A stretch of 45,474 bases of DNA from Candidatus Heimdallarchaeota archaeon. Lineage in GTDB: Archaea; Asgardarchaeota; Heimdallarchaeia; Heimdallarchaeales; Heimdallarchaeaceae. Both the position numbers and the translations under genes were made by a program. The notes under the pieces were generated by a model. That model ran no database searches and was not told where the DNA came from. It saw only the letters and a list, made by a program, of their open reading frames with translations. Shown in pieces: positions 1 to 9,221 of the stretch. The stretch lies in contig JAEOSZ010000050.1 in the NCBI GenBank assembly GCA_016840095.1, positions 1-45,474 on the forward strand, given 5' to 3'. The stretch's first letter is position 1. Each line of letters starts with the position of its first letter.

Positions 1-1
1 A

Positions 2-1708
2 GAAGAATATGATGCAGTTGTTGTAGGAGCTGGTTTAAGTGGATTGCGTGCAGCTCTTGAGCTTTCAGAACACTGGAAGGTTGCTGTAGTAAGTAAAGTT
101 CATCCTGTTCGCAGTCACTCAGGGGCAGCTCAAGGAGGAATTAATGCTTCCTTAGGTAACACTGAAGCTGGTCAGGAAGATTCTCCTGAGAAACATGCTT
201 ATGATACAGTCTATGGATCTGATTATCTTGCTGATCAAGATGCTGTGCTCTTAATGTGTGAAGAAGCGCCAAAAATTGTTGTTGAATTTGAGAGTATGGG
301 GGCACCGTTTTCACGTTTAGATTCAGGTTTAATTGCCCAAAGACCCTTTGGAGGTGCTGGTTTTCCACGAACATGTTATGCAGCTGATAGAACTGGTCAC
401 GTTTTATTACACACATTGTACGAACAATGTGTTCACAAGAATGTACAATTCTTTGACGAATTCTTCTTAGTTGATCTGATAAAAGTTGAAGAACAGATTA
501 CAGGGGTTCTAACTCTTGATATGACATCAGGAGAATTTGTGATTTTTAGAACAGGTTATGTCATCTTAGCGACTGGAGGTTTTGGAAGAACCTATAAGCG
601 TTCAACTAATGCCATCATCAATACTGGTGATGGAGTAGGAGCAGCTTTCAGAGCAGGTGTTCCAATGCAAGATTGTGAATTTGTTCAGTTCCATCCTACA
701 ACCCTGTATGGAACAAATATACTTATCACTGAAGGAGCAAGAGGAGAAGGAGGTTTACTCTATAACAATCTTGGTGAAAGATTTATGTTAGATGTTGCTC
801 CAGGTGCAAAAGAACTAGCTCCACGAGATATTGTTGCTCGAGCAATTGAAACAGAAGTCCGAGAAGGACGTGGATTTGAGGATGCTTATGTTCATTTAGA
901 CCTCACTCATCTTGGAGCTGAAAGAATAAAAGAAAGATTACCAGGTATTAGAGAAATATCTATGTATTTTGCTGGAGTTGACCCTATAAAAGAACCTATT
1001 CCTGTTCAACCAGGACAGCATTATTCTATGGGGGGAATAGGCACTAAATTTGACGGTGACGTTTGTGAAACAATCCTTTCTGGCTTATATGTTATTGGAG
1101 AGACTGCTTGTATCTCTGTCCATGGTGCTAACCGTCTTGGAGGAAATTCTCTCTTAGAAACAGCTGTTTTCGGAAGACATGTTGGAAGACTATTGTTAGA
1201 GAAAGGTTTACCAAATCTTCCTGAAGATATCAGTATAATGAATGCAGAAGAAAACGCCATTCAAACAATAGAACAGTTGCTAGATAAGTGGGAAAACAGC
1301 TTAGGTAAGCTTCCAATAAAAATTCAAAAAGCCATGGGTGAAGCACTAGATACTAAAGTAGGTGTTTTTCGAACAGAAGAAGAGCTAAAGGAAGCTTATG
1401 ATGAAATCTGTCAATTACAGATTGAATTTAGAAATGTGAAAGTTTCAACGAAAAAGAGAAGATTCAATTATGGATTAATTCGAACTCTCGAACTCAGAAA
1501 CATGCTTGATATAGCAGAAGTTACAGCTTTTGCAGCATTATGGAGAAAGGAGAGTAGAGGGGCTCATTCTAGGATAGACTTTCCAACAAGGAATGATGAA
1601 GAATTCCTTGTTCACTCAATGGTTAAAAGAGATGAAGAAGGGAATTTAACACTAGAAACTAAACCGGTGAAACTTGGTCAGTTTGAAGTAAAGGAGCGTG
1701 TGTATTAA
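2..1708 (+). CDS. sdhA: Succinate dehydrogenase/fumarate reductase flavoprotein subunit (5'-truncated by window edge)
   Basis: The frame is open from base 2 ([18 protein letters not shown], GxGxxG FAD motif), so the true start lies upstream of the window. Motifs: [10 protein letters not shown] (covalent FAD His), [44 protein letters not shown]. Confidence 0.97.
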   Translation, partial: EEYDAVVVGAGLSGLRAALELSEHWKVAVVSKVHPVRSHSGAAQGGINASLGNTEAGQEDSPEKHAYDTVYGSDYLADQDAVLLMCEEAPKIVVEFESMGAPFSRLDSGLIAQRPFGGAGFPRTCYAADRTGHVLLHTLYEQCVHKNVQFFDEFFLVDLIKVEEQITGVLTLDMTSGEFVIFRTGYVILATGGFGRTYKRSTNAIINTGDGVGAAFRAGVPMQDCEFVQFHPTTLYGTNILITEGARGEGGLLYNNLGERFMLDVAPGAKELAPRDIVARAIETEVREGRGFEDAYVHLDLTHLGAERIKERLPGIREISMYFAGVDPIKEPIPVQPGQHYSMGGIGTKFDGDVCETILSGLYVIGETACISVHGANRLGGNSLLETAVFGRHVGRLLLEKGLPNLPEDISIMNAEENAIQTIEQLLDKWENSLGKLPIKIQKAMGEALDTKVGVFRTEEELKEAYDEICQLQIEFRNVKVSTKKRRFNYGLIRTLELRNMLDIAEVTAFAALWRKESRGAHSRIDFPTRNDEEFLVHSMVKRDEEGNLTLETKPVKLGQFEVKERVY

Positions 1709-2484
1709 TGGAAAATTTACAAAAATTTCTGATATTTAGGAAAGATTCTGAAACTCAAGAAATTAAGTATGATAGATTCGAAGTTCCGAGAAGAAAAGGT
1801 ATGACTATTCTGGAAGCATTGTTCTATATTCAAGATAACTTAGATTCTTCTCTTGCTTTTCGTTATTCTTGTCGAGGAGCAATTTGTGGTAGTTGCGGGA
1901 TGACAGTAGATAAAGTACCTGATCTTGCTTGCAGAACACAAGTTTCAGCTGTTAAAACTCAAAAGAAACCCGTAAAACTACCAGAGTTTTATTTTGGTAA
2001 AAATCCAAATTGGGATCAAGAAAATGAAATATTAATCGAACCATTGCCTAACATGAACATCATTCAGGATCTTGTAGTTAATATGGAACCTTTCTGGACT
2101 TTTTATAAAAAAATAGAACCTTATTTCATACGTGAGTGGAATGATGAAGCTCCTGAATCTCATCAGAGCTCTGATGCTGCAAGATCAATTGAACATCTAG
2201 TGAATTGCATTGCTTGTGGTCTTTGTTGGTCATGTCCTGTTAATGCAACTAACAAGAATTATTTTGGTCCAACAGCTCTAGCTAAAGCTGATAGATTTAT
2301 TGCAGATAATAGGTTATCAGAAGAGCATAGACAAAAAATCCTTACCAAAGTATGGCAAGGAAATGCTGTCCCAGCTTGTGAGAAATATTTTGTTTGTAAC
2401 AGGGTTTGTCCAAAAGGAGTAAGACCTGGTACAGCAATCAAAGATATTAGAGATAAGTGGTCACCACATGAACAAGAAAACTAG
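1708..2484 (+). CDS. sdhB: Succinate dehydrogenase/fumarate reductase iron-sulfur subunit
   Basis: FRYSCRGAICGSC...LACRT (2Fe-2S), CIACGLCWSCP and CEKYFVCNRVCP cluster motifs, IEPLPN..IIQDLVV. TAATG overlap with sdhA. Confidence 0.95.
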   Translation: MENLQKFLIFRKDSETQEIKYDRFEVPRRKGMTILEALFYIQDNLDSSLAFRYSCRGAICGSCGMTVDKVPDLACRTQVSAVKTQKKPVKLPEFYFGKNPNWDQENEILIEPLPNMNIIQDLVVNMEPFWTFYKKIEPYFIREWNDEAPESHQSSDAARSIEHLVNCIACGLCWSCPVNATNKNYFGPTALAKADRFIADNRLSEEHRQKILTKVWQGNAVPACEKYFVCNRVCPKGVRPGTAIKDIRDKWSPHEQEN

Positions 2485-3856
2485 ATTAGAGAAAGACATC
2501 TTAGGAGTGGTGGAAGTTCCATCAGATGTTTACTGGGGAATCAACACCCAAAGAGCTCTTACGGATTTTAGAATCAGTGGAGAAAAGTTTCCAAATTCCT
2601 TCGTAATAGCTTTAGCTCAAATTAAAAAAGCATGTCTACAAGCTAATTTGGAACTTAACTTGATTGACCAGATAATAGTTAAAGCACTTATTCAATCTAT
2701 AGACGAAATTGTAATTGAAAATAAGTTGTTAGATCAATTTCCAGTTGATATATATCAAACAGGATCTGGAACTCAGACAAACATGAACATGAATGAGGTT
2801 TTAGCAAATAGAGCTAATGAAATCATGGGTCATGAATTAGGGAAAAAAACTCCAGTACATCCTAATGATCATGTGAATCAAGGACAATCATCTAACGATG
2901 TCATTCCTACAACTATGCATCTTGTTTCGATTGAAGAAATTCAGAATAAATTACTTCCAGCTTTACATAGAACTATATCAGTTCTTAATGATAAAATAGT
3001 TGAATTCAAAGACATCATCAAAGTAGGAAGAACACACCTTCAAGATGCAGTTCCTATTCCATTATCCATGGAATTTTTAGTTTATCAAAAACAACTTACT
3101 TCTGAGGAACAAAAACTAATCGAAATAGTTGAAGAATTAAAAGCAATACCTCTTGGTGGAACTGCATTAGGCACTGGAATTAACACTCATGAGGAATTTG
3201 GTGAGCTTGCAATTCAGAAGCTATCTTTGATAACAAATATCGACTTTCGATCAAATCCAGTTAAAGCTGAAGGAATAGCTTCCCATAGTCTCTTTGTCAA
3301 ACTAGGTAGTGCAATGAAATCTCTCTCTTTAGCTCTTCTAAAAATGGCTAATGACATCAGATGGATGAGTAGTGGACCTAGAGCTGGTTTAGGGGAATTA
3401 CTTATTCCTCAAGAAGAACCTGGTTCTTCAATAATGCCTGGAAAAATAAATCCTACTCAAGCAGAAATGTTAATACAAGTATGTCTTAGAATAATAGGAA
3501 ACGATACAACACTAACATTTGCTGAAGGATTTGGGAGTACTTTAGATCTCAATGTAACAAAACCATTGATTATCAAAACAATACTTGAATCTATCTTGCT
3601 TCTTTCAAATGGAATGATTTCTTTCACAAATAATTGTCTAAAAGAGCTTAAAGCTAATCATGTAGGAATAAAAAAACACTTGGAGGAAAACTTGATGATA
3701 GTAACAAAGCTTGTTCCAGAGATTGGATATGACACAGCAGCTGAAATTGCTAAGGAAGCACATGAAACAGGAAAAACTATCAAGGAAATAATCCAAGAAA
3801 AACAAATAAAAATTAACAACTTAGATGAAATTCTTGATCCTAAGAAAATGGTTTAG
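2468..3856 (+). CDS. fumC: Fumarate hydratase class II
   Basis: QTGSGTQTNMNMNEV, VHPNDHVN, GRTHLQDA and the GSSIMPGKINP signature. Overlaps the end of sdhB. Confidence 0.93.
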   Translation: MNKKTRLEKDILGVVEVPSDVYWGINTQRALTDFRISGEKFPNSFVIALAQIKKACLQANLELNLIDQIIVKALIQSIDEIVIENKLLDQFPVDIYQTGSGTQTNMNMNEVLANRANEIMGHELGKKTPVHPNDHVNQGQSSNDVIPTTMHLVSIEEIQNKLLPALHRTISVLNDKIVEFKDIIKVGRTHLQDAVPIPLSMEFLVYQKQLTSEEQKLIEIVEELKAIPLGGTALGTGINTHEEFGELAIQKLSLITNIDFRSNPVKAEGIASHSLFVKLGSAMKSLSLALLKMANDIRWMSSGPRAGLGELLIPQEEPGSSIMPGKINPTQAEMLIQVCLRIIGNDTTLTFAEGFGSTLDLNVTKPLIIKTILESILLLSNGMISFTNNCLKELKANHVGIKKHLEENLMIVTKLVPEIGYDTAAEIAKEAHETGKTIKEIIQEKQIKINNLDEILDPKKMV

Positions 3857-5486
3857 ATTCAACTTCTCTTTCTAATTTTCTACGTAAGAATTTAGTTATT
3901 AAAATAGAGAAGAAAGAGATAAAAATTGGAAATGAGGTCTTTAGTGGATAATCTTCATCTGGTAGAACTATAGGATCTTTTAATGGATAGAGATCAAAGC
4001 TACCAGCACTCCCTTCAATGGCATATTTTCTTTTCATACCCTTATTAGACCAAAAATTACCAATAAACAAATCTGGGTGATACCAGTAATTTCCTATTCC
4101 TTCATCCAATGCTTGACTATCAGTTCCAGGTGGGCATATATTGTTAATAAAACTATTATGATGAATAATAATATCTCTACATTCTTGCTGTAGAGCTAAT
4201 GCAAACCATTCATTTTCTAAAAATAAGTTGTTACTTATAACCACATCTTGTCCTGATACAACAATAACCCCTCCACCTATTCCATTCCTGCATAAAGTGT
4301 TATTATACATCATGCAATCTTGAATATCATCTAAAAATATCCCCATCTCGTTATAATTACAGATGTTATTTATGATAGTTATATTTTCTCCAGAGAGATA
4401 GATTCCAAAACCATTTTTATTCAAAGAACAGACATTGTTTTCTACTATCATGTTAGATGAAGATTCAACAACTATTGCTTCTCCTCTAGTAGTATTTGAG
4501 CATTTATTTTCACTTAATTCTGATAAATCACATTTTTCTATATGTATCCCCATATAGTTTTCATCGCAATAATTTTTTTCAATTAGTAGATTATTAGAAT
4601 CACTACATTTTATTCCACAATCCCCTTCACTAAACTCATTGTTTGAGAATTTGCAGTTTGTACTGAATAAACAGTGAATACCTCTGAATGCTTCTATAAA
4701 CTGTAAATCTTCAATTATAATGTTAGTGCAATTAAAGAGTATTATTTGAGAATAATTAGAATCCTGGATAATTAAATCATTTAAGTTAAAGAAATAACCT
4801 ATCTCCAATCCTTTCATGATATTGTTTGATGCTGTGAATTGTTGAAGTTGATTGAAGGTTAAGTCTATATCAAATCCACCCTTATTGAAAATGTTATCAT
4901 TTGCAGTACAATTGAGTGTTTCTCTCAAGGATATCCCAGAAAAACTGATACCCAGATTATCAATATCAGATCTTCCATTAATATTGTTTTCAGTGATACT
5001 TACATTTGAAGCGTAACTAACATCGACTCCTCTGTAGTTTGATTCTATATTATTTTGTGAAATAATGATATTATCACAATTACTAATCCTTATACCAGTA
5101 AGCATATCGACTTGATAAAAAGTACCAAATTGAAGAATTATATTATTAGTTATATTAATATTAACACCAGGAAGATTCTCTATAACTACCCCATATATTG
5201 ATAAAATCCTACAATGTTCAATTGTAAAGTGTTTTGTAACATTTGCTATAATAATTCCATAAGTCACTCCAAGTCCATAAACAGAGTAATCTTTTATCAT
5301 ATAGGGATCTTCTATAGATCCTGATCCATCTGTAGCAAAACTCAGAAGATCTTCATCTGAAGTTATAACAATTTGATCAATTGCAATATAATTTATAGAA
5401 ATATCTTCAGCTTCATAAAGTAGTTTTGAATCATCAACAATTGAAATAGTATCAGAACTCAATCCAGATATAACGGCAAACATCAA
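3840..5486 (-). CDS. Membrane-anchored right-handed beta-helix (NosD/CASH-like) surface protein; true start probably further upstream
   Basis: GSGSIEDPYMI N-cap, repeated Asn/Ile/Gly beta-helix turns (ISQNNIESNYRGVDV, IENNVCSLNKNGFGIYL), GNYW...GNFWS...DLYPL end motif, then a hydrophobic helix and basic tail. The frame stays open upstream to 5543 and encodes a signal-peptide-like segment. Confidence 0.8.
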   Translation of the reverse strand: MMFAVISGLSSDTISIVDDSKLLYEAEDISINYIAIDQIVITSDEDLLSFATDGSGSIEDPYMIKDYSVYGLGVTYGIIIANVTKHFTIEHCRILSIYGVVIENLPGVNINITNNIILQFGTFYQVDMLTGIRISNCDNIIISQNNIESNYRGVDVSYASNVSITENNINGRSDIDNLGISFSGISLRETLNCTANDNIFNKGGFDIDLTFNQLQQFTASNNIMKGLEIGYFFNLNDLIIQDSNYSQIILFNCTNIIIEDLQFIEAFRGIHCLFSTNCKFSNNEFSEGDCGIKCSDSNNLLIEKNYCDENYMGIHIEKCDLSELSENKCSNTTRGEAIVVESSSNMIVENNVCSLNKNGFGIYLSGENITIINNICNYNEMGIFLDDIQDCMMYNNTLCRNGIGGGVIVVSGQDVVISNNLFLENEWFALALQQECRDIIIHHNSFINNICPPGTDSQALDEGIGNYWYHPDLFIGNFWSNKGMKRKYAIEGSAGSFDLYPLKDPIVLPDEDYPLKTSFPIFISFFSILITKFLRRKLEREVESKPFS

Positions 5487-5590
5487 TAAAACACTAAAAG
5501 ATAAAATGAGTACAAGTCTACTTTTTTTGCTTAACAGATTGCATCACTACTTGGAATTAACGTGCGAGATACACTTACATCTTTATTAAT

Positions 5591-7006
5591 TTAGTCCTTC
5601 TCACTTAGTTTCCTTTTGATGTAGTATATACAGGCTTCTTCGGAGTTTACAATTTCCTCATTCATTATAGCATCTATTAGTTGTAATTTTATTATCTTAA
5701 TTTGGTCGCCTTCAACCTTAAAAATCTCTTTTATTCTATGTCCATTCAGTTTTGGTTCAAAGAAAATCAGATTCTCTCTTTGATATAAATCATTAATTCT
5801 ATCCAGTAAAGGAGTAAGTTTGATATCTGCAGTTTTAACAGATACTTCAGCTTTTGTAAGCAGAATGATATTGCTCAAATACTCTCCAAGTTCTCTTAAA
5901 ATCCTTCGTATATCATAATCACTTGGATTTGTTTTTGTTAAATCTAGCAGAGAGTGTCGGTATTTTATGTAAAACAAAATATCTGATTTTTCTTTATTTG
6001 AAAATTTGTAGAATTGTAAAATCCCTTCTACAACTTGAATAAGGCTTGAATCTCTGCTAAAGTTGATTTCCTCTAAAAGAACAGCTAAGAAGAGATTAAC
6101 ATCCTTAGAATCATTAGATTCTAGAAAGTTTAGTTTTGATGCAATTTTCAACAATGTATTTTTTTCACTATACTCCTCAGGATTAAGTACTATATTTTGC
6201 ACTTCTGGAAACATAACTTCTAGTATACCTAAATCCCTCATCAATTCGAAAGTTTTGCTTGGAGAAAAACTTAAAGATACTTTTAATTCATGAATGATTC
6301 TTTCTTTAGGTATATCAAGTATATTCGAAGCATTTATCCTAATACCTTCTTTAACTTCAGAGCTAATTCTAAATCCAAGTTTACATGCGAATCTTATCGC
6401 TCTAAACATTCTTAGGTAGTCCTCATGGAAAACTATCTCAGGTTCTCTTGTTGTTTGAATTAATTGATTTGAGAGATCCTCTACTCCATCAAATAAATCA
6501 ATAAAATGGTTTTCAAACATTATTAAGGCGTTAACAGTGAAATCTCTTCTTTGTAAGTCTTCAACAATGGAAGCTTTTTCGACAATTGGAACACGGGAAG
6601 GATACTCATATCGCTCTTTTCTTGTAGAGTTAAACTCAAACACTATACCATCAGGAAATCTTATTTGAGTTGTCAAGGTTTTATTACTCATTTTACCTAC
6701 TTTTCCTCCCATCTTTTCAGCAATTGCTTGTGTTAATTGATGAAGATCTCCTTTGAAGACTATAAAGTCAACATCTTCAGATTTTTTACCTAGAAGTAAA
6801 TCTCTCACAAAACCCCCTACAATGCCTATAGAGCAGTTCAAATTACCAGAAATCTCACGTATAGAGTTTATTTTTGATTGAATATTGTATCCAATAAGAG
6901 CTAATGTTTCTCTACTAATTTTATGAGACTTAAAATTAACTCCAGATTCTATTAGTTCTTTCAAACAAATTTCAAAATCTTGGTTAATTGGCAATTCAAT
7001 CAGCAA
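5591..7006 (-). CDS. cca: Class II tRNA nucleotidyltransferase (CCA-adding enzyme, PcnB/CCA family)
   Basis: Motif A VGGFVRDLLLG..DVDF, motif B RRDFTVNAL, templating motif EDYLRMFRAIRFA, ERIIHEL. The HD-like region is degenerate (LAVLLEEI). Confidence 0.9.
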   Translation of the reverse strand: MLIELPINQDFEICLKELIESGVNFKSHKISRETLALIGYNIQSKINSIREISGNLNCSIGIVGGFVRDLLLGKKSEDVDFIVFKGDLHQLTQAIAEKMGGKVGKMSNKTLTTQIRFPDGIVFEFNSTRKERYEYPSRVPIVEKASIVEDLQRRDFTVNALIMFENHFIDLFDGVEDLSNQLIQTTREPEIVFHEDYLRMFRAIRFACKLGFRISSEVKEGIRINASNILDIPKERIIHELKVSLSFSPSKTFELMRDLGILEVMFPEVQNIVLNPEEYSEKNTLLKIASKLNFLESNDSKDVNLFLAVLLEEINFSRDSSLIQVVEGILQFYKFSNKEKSDILFYIKYRHSLLDLTKTNPSDYDIRRILRELGEYLSNIILLTKAEVSVKTADIKLTPLLDRINDLYQRENLIFFEPKLNGHRIKEIFKVEGDQIKIIKLQLIDAIMNEEIVNSEEACIYYIKRKLSEKD

Positions 7007-7118
7007 TTATCATGTACATACATTAAATATAAGAATTATTTTGCATTTGATTTCTATAGGTTTTTATTGTGGAATGTACAGAATGTACTTGATTGAAGAA
7101 TAGAGAGTAGGGGACCGA

Positions 7119-7931
7119 ATGACAGCAGAAACCTTCATAACAGGATTTGAAAATGTCTTATTTTATCTAGCTATTGGTCTTTTAATTGCAGGAGGAATCT
7201 TTGTTTTTCTATCATTTGTATTCAATTTCCAAAGCTTAATGCATGCCTTGGGAATCGGAGATCACGATATTTCAGCAGATCATGACATTTCTTCGGATCA
7301 TGATATATCTACAGACCACGATGTTTCTGTTGATCATGATGTTTCATTAGATCATGATGTTTCTATTGACCACGATATCTCTGTAGATCATGATATCTCG
7401 ATAGACCATGATATTTCAGTTGACCATGAACTCACTCTAGATAAAGATGTAGTGCTCGATAAGGAAGTAGTATCAGATATTTCAACAATTCAAGCGGATG
7501 GGATAAAAGATATTACTCATTCATCAGCACCAATATTTCTATTACTATCAACATATACAGTAATGTTTGGAATATTGGGATTATCTACACTTAAGATACC
7601 TTCATCAAGTATTGGATTGCGAATTTTCAGAATTGTTGTTATCTTTGTTTCACCATATCTTTTAGCTCTAATTATAACAAACATATGGAAAAGAATCTCA
7701 GCAACAACTGTCAAACCAATTGTCAGAGGAGTTCAATTAATTGGTAAAGAAGGCGAAGTTTTTGTTCCAGTTGACTCAAAAGGCGGAATGATTTATGTAG
7801 ATCTAGGGGAAGGATTAGGTGAACAAAAATTACCTGCGAAAAGCTTTGATTATTACAAGAGATACGAGAGAGAAGAAAAGGTAAGAATAATTGCAGTAAA
7901 AAATGGAATTTATCTGGTAGATAACATATGA
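7119..7931 (+). CDS. NfeD/YqiJ-like membrane protein with Asp-His hexapeptide repeats
   Basis: N-terminal TM helix, DH repeat insert, two further TM helices, C-terminal OB-like NfeD domain (LIGKEGEVFVPV...GMIYV...KVRIIAVKNGIYLV). Lies directly upstream of an SPFH gene. Confidence 0.8.
   Translation: MTAETFITGFENVLFYLAIGLLIAGGIFVFLSFVFNFQSLMHALGIGDHDISADHDISSDHDISTDHDVSVDHDVSLDHDVSIDHDISVDHDISIDHDISVDHELTLDKDVVLDKEVVSDISTIQADGIKDITHSSAPIFLLLSTYTVMFGILGLSTLKIPSSSIGLRIFRIVVIFVSPYLLALIITNIWKRISATTVKPIVRGVQLIGKEGEVFVPVDSKGGMIYVDLGEGLGEQKLPAKSFDYYKRYEREEKVRIIAVKNGIYLVDNI
7260..7475 (+). repeat. Coding tandem repeat, 12 x 18 bp, encoding D-H-D-(I/V)-S-x (last units DHELTL, DKDVVL, DKEVVS)
   Basis: Units such as gatcacgatatttcagca, gatcatgacatttcttcg, gatcatgatatatctaca and gaccacgatgtttctgtt are read directly. 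They are in frame and vary at synonymous sites. Confidence 0.95.
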
Positions 7932-7935
7932 AATT

Positions 7936-7956
7936 CCTCTTTTTTTCTTTTTATTT
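7936..7956 (+). terminator. T-rich tract after the NfeD-like gene (archaeal oligo-T terminator candidate)
   Basis: cctctttttttctttttattt immediately follows the stop codon. Confidence 0.45.
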
Positions 7957-8067
7957 ACGATTAAAACCTGATAATTTTTTGCTCTTCTTTGCGAAATTTT
8001 TATTTAGATAGATTAAAAAGCCCCCATGCGAGTAATTTAAACACCTAAGAATGAGGGTCAGAAAGCA

Positions 8068-9207
8068 ATGATATGGTGGATATGGATACCAGTAGGATTA
8101 GCGATAGTTTTAGTACTATTTGTATTATTTTATGCATCTCGATACAGGAAATTTACTTCAGATACTTACATGATCCATTTTAGGAATGGGAGAGTAATCA
8201 AAGCTGGAATCGGAGGGAAAGCTGTAACCATACCTTTGATCGATGAGGTTAGAGTTGTACCTGTTACAACACAATCTACCTTTTTAGAAGCCAAAGAAAA
8301 AGTGTTATCAAGAGAATTCCAAGAGATATCAGTAACAGCTTTTGTGTTCTGGCGTGTGATAGAACCAGAAGTAGCATTCTCAAGAACATCTTGGGATAAA
8401 TCTTCTGAAGCATATATTGAAAACATCATCAGAAATGCAGCTGAAAGTATTATTCGAACAACCTGTGCAAATATGGCACTTGAAAAAATAATCAGAGATA
8501 GACAAGCAATTATTGAAGCAGTCACTAAGGAATTATACTCATTAACCAAAGATTGGGGAATGCTTGTTGAGAGCTGTGAAATCAGAGATATTGAAATCAT
8601 AGATCCTAATCTGAAATCCAACGTAAGTGCTATAATGAAAATAGAACAAGAAAAACTTGCACGCTTGAAAAATGCTGAAATGGAAGAGATTACCAAACTT
8701 AGAGACTTAGAAGTTAGTAGAAAAGTGGGTATTGAACAACAAGAAGTTGGATTGGAAGTTGAATCCAAGGAGAAAGATAAGGAAATTGCCGTTCAAGAAT
8801 TAGAATGGAAACGAACAGAAGTTGAAGCAAAAACATATCAGACTAAGATAGAAATTGAAGCACAAGCTGAAGCTCAAAAAATCAAACAGTTAGCTGAAGC
8901 TAAGCAGTTTGATATGGAATCTAGAGCAAGAGGTGATGCTGCAGCTATTAGAGAAGCTAAAATGGCTGAAGCTGAAGGTATACTGAAAAGAATTGAAGCT
9001 CTAGCTAAAGCTGATGCACGTCTATTCCAAGAAATGATAATTGAAAAACTTCCAGAAATATACCAGAATTTGGAAATAGACAGAATGATTATAACAGGGA
9101 ACAAGGAAGATGCCTTTTCTTCAATTGCTAATGCAATTATGCCGTTCTTACAAATCGTTCCTGAATTAGCCAAAAAATCTGAACTTCCTGTAGAGAAGAA
9201 AAAATAA
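8068..9207 (+). CDS. SPFH/band-7 flotillin-like protein
   Basis: N-terminal TM helix, SPFH core (ISVTAFVFWRVIEP...IIRTTCANMALEKIIRDR...DWGMLVESCEIRDI), then coiled coil with flotillin-type AEA repeats (EAQAEAQKI, AKMAEAEGI). Confidence 0.9.
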   Translation: MIWWIWIPVGLAIVLVLFVLFYASRYRKFTSDTYMIHFRNGRVIKAGIGGKAVTIPLIDEVRVVPVTTQSTFLEAKEKVLSREFQEISVTAFVFWRVIEPEVAFSRTSWDKSSEAYIENIIRNAAESIIRTTCANMALEKIIRDRQAIIEAVTKELYSLTKDWGMLVESCEIRDIEIIDPNLKSNVSAIMKIEQEKLARLKNAEMEEITKLRDLEVSRKVGIEQQEVGLEVESKEKDKEIAVQELEWKRTEVEAKTYQTKIEIEAQAEAQKIKQLAEAKQFDMESRARGDAAAIREAKMAEAEGILKRIEALAKADARLFQEMIIEKLPEIYQNLEIDRMIITGNKEDAFSSIANAIMPFLQIVPELAKKSELPVEKKK

Positions 9208-9221
9208 TACTTCTCTTTTTT

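Noticed and set aside
44-46. TTG at 44 as the sdhA start
   Set aside because: The FAD-binding GAGLSG motif lies upstream in the same open frame, so the gene is cut by the window edge.
5591-7006. Poly(A) polymerase (PcnB) as the alternative call
   Set aside because: The PAP-specific GRRF-type signature is absent and the CCA-type loop is present. Only an assay fully excludes it.
7260-7475. 18-bp tandem repeat as a possible CRISPR array or DNA-level VNTR
   Set aside because: There are no spacers, the repeat is in frame, and variation is concentrated at synonymous positions. It is a protein repeat.
8166-9173. Antisense ORFs of 200 and 99 aa inside the flotillin gene
   Set aside because: They are Ser/Ile/Leu/Phe-rich mirrors of the Glu/Lys/Ala codon bias, with no motifs. 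The same applies to the other short nested ORFs in the track.
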